Below are positions 36,053-36,531 of a DNA stretch of 36,531 nt, one piece after another. Source of the DNA: Acutalibacteraceae bacterium (GTDB lineage: Bacteria; Bacillota; Clostridia; Oscillospirales; Acutalibacteraceae). The notes beneath the pieces are model-generated. The model had not been told where the DNA came from. It saw nothing but the letters and a program-made list of their open reading frames with translations, and ran no database searches. The stretch lies in contig JAZULW010000080.1 in assembly GCA_045603285.1 (NCBI GenBank), forward strand, positions 1 through 36,531, in the 5' to 3' direction. Each line of letters opens with the position of its first letter. Positions within the stretch are counted from its first letter, which is position 1. A program made the position numbers and the translations under genes.

Positions 36053-36531
36053 ACAATACAAGGCTAACATCACCGCTTGTGAGGTGACAAATACCATTTT
36101 CGGTTTGCACGACCAATGCACAGTCATCGTCAATACCAAGCACCGTCGCCGTTTCAATGGGACTGTCGTCCACGCTGAGCAATTGCACGGTTTTGCCATC
36201 TAAAAAACTGCGGTTTCGATAGTCTTCCAAAAAAGGTTTGTCTGTTAAGGCATCATAGTACGTTTCGAAATGATGCAAAATGAGGTTGCACAGATCCTCA
36301 TGTTTTTCACACGGGGCATCGAACAACGCACCCGCTTTTTGCTGAATATCGGGTGGAAAACCGCCGACAGGCAATGAAAGATTCACCCCGATGCCGAGAA
36401 TGGCATACACCGTTTCACTCCCGTTAAAAACACCTTCGGTGAGAATTCCCGCCACTTTTTTACCGCGATAGTACACATCGTTCACCCATTTTATCTGCAT
36501 CGGCTCGCCTGTAAGGGCTTCCGCCGCACGG
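36051..36531 (-). CDS. birA: Biotin--[acetyl-CoA-carboxylase] ligase, C-terminal part (5' end outside the window)
   Basis: The reading frame is open to the window edge (RAAEALTGEPMQIKWVNDVYYRGKKVAGILTEG...GIGVNL). It has the KWxND/GILxE motif of BirA catalytic domains and the small C-terminal SH3-like domain. Confidence 0.85.
   Translation of the reverse strand, partial: RAAEALTGEPMQIKWVNDVYYRGKKVAGILTEGVFNGSETVYAILGIGVNLSLPVGGFPPDIQQKAGALFDAPCEKHEDLCNLILHHFETYYDALTDKPFLEDYRNRSFLDGKTVQLLSVDDSPIETATVLGIDDDCALVVQTENGICHLTSGDVSLVL

Noticed and set aside
1-36531. Mobile elements, prophage or defence islands, CRISPR arrays, and tRNA or rRNA genes.
   Set aside because: I found no transposase, integrase or recombinase motifs, no long terminal or direct repeats, no regularly spaced repeat arrays and no cloverleaf-like GGTTCGAATCC-type T-arms. 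Apart from mazF and the YtrA-ABC module, every gene is a recognisable housekeeping function in conserved Firmicute synteny.

Overview
This 36.5-kb segment is about half GC by eye and reads as core chromosome of a Clostridia-class Firmicute. The gene order looks Oscillospiraceae/Ruminococcaceae-like, but that taxonomic call is inference only. I support about 35 tightly packed protein genes. From 1 to 27.7 kb they are almost all on the minus strand: HAD phosphatase (partial), potABCD, rarA, nth (+), the DUF512-der-plsY-gpsA operon, yceD-rpmF, pgi plus a small P-loop gene, a split TSUP (TauE/SafE) transporter, DUF1292 (+), a histidine phosphatase, an XRE regulator (+), a GT2-GtrA glycosyltransferase, glgBCDA, a solitary mazF/ndoA toxin gene, a G5-M23 peptidase, and luxS with an RluA-family pseudouridine synthase. 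From 27.8 kb the genes are on the plus strand: metG, tatD, a YtrA-type GntR/ABC ATPase/718-aa membrane protein module, and a phosphoglucomutase. A partial birA on the minus strand closes the window. I saw no rRNA, tRNA, CRISPR array, IS/transposase, integrase or phage genes. The ORF track accepts GTG/TTG as M, so I re-derived several starts from Shine-Dalgarno (SD) spacing, promoters and terminators. The best candidate for something undescribed is the roughly 320-nt untranslated leader at 14672-15124 (minus strand), upstream of the two half-size TSUP genes. It has a near-consensus promoter, two homologous internal sequence units, a strong intrinsic terminator and an SD-sequestering hairpin. 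I could not match it to any riboswitch core I know. Other items worth a look are the split TSUP pair, the antitoxin-less but apparently catalytically intact EndoA/MazF, a structured GC-rich 240-nt tail after DUF1292, a structured roughly 200-nt leader in front of potA, a small stand-alone P-loop protein co-transcribed with pgi, and the YtrA/ABC module whose membrane subunit carries an unassigned C-terminal domain of about 350 aa. All homology calls come from recognising motifs by eye. No database search, RNA folding or covariance computation was run.
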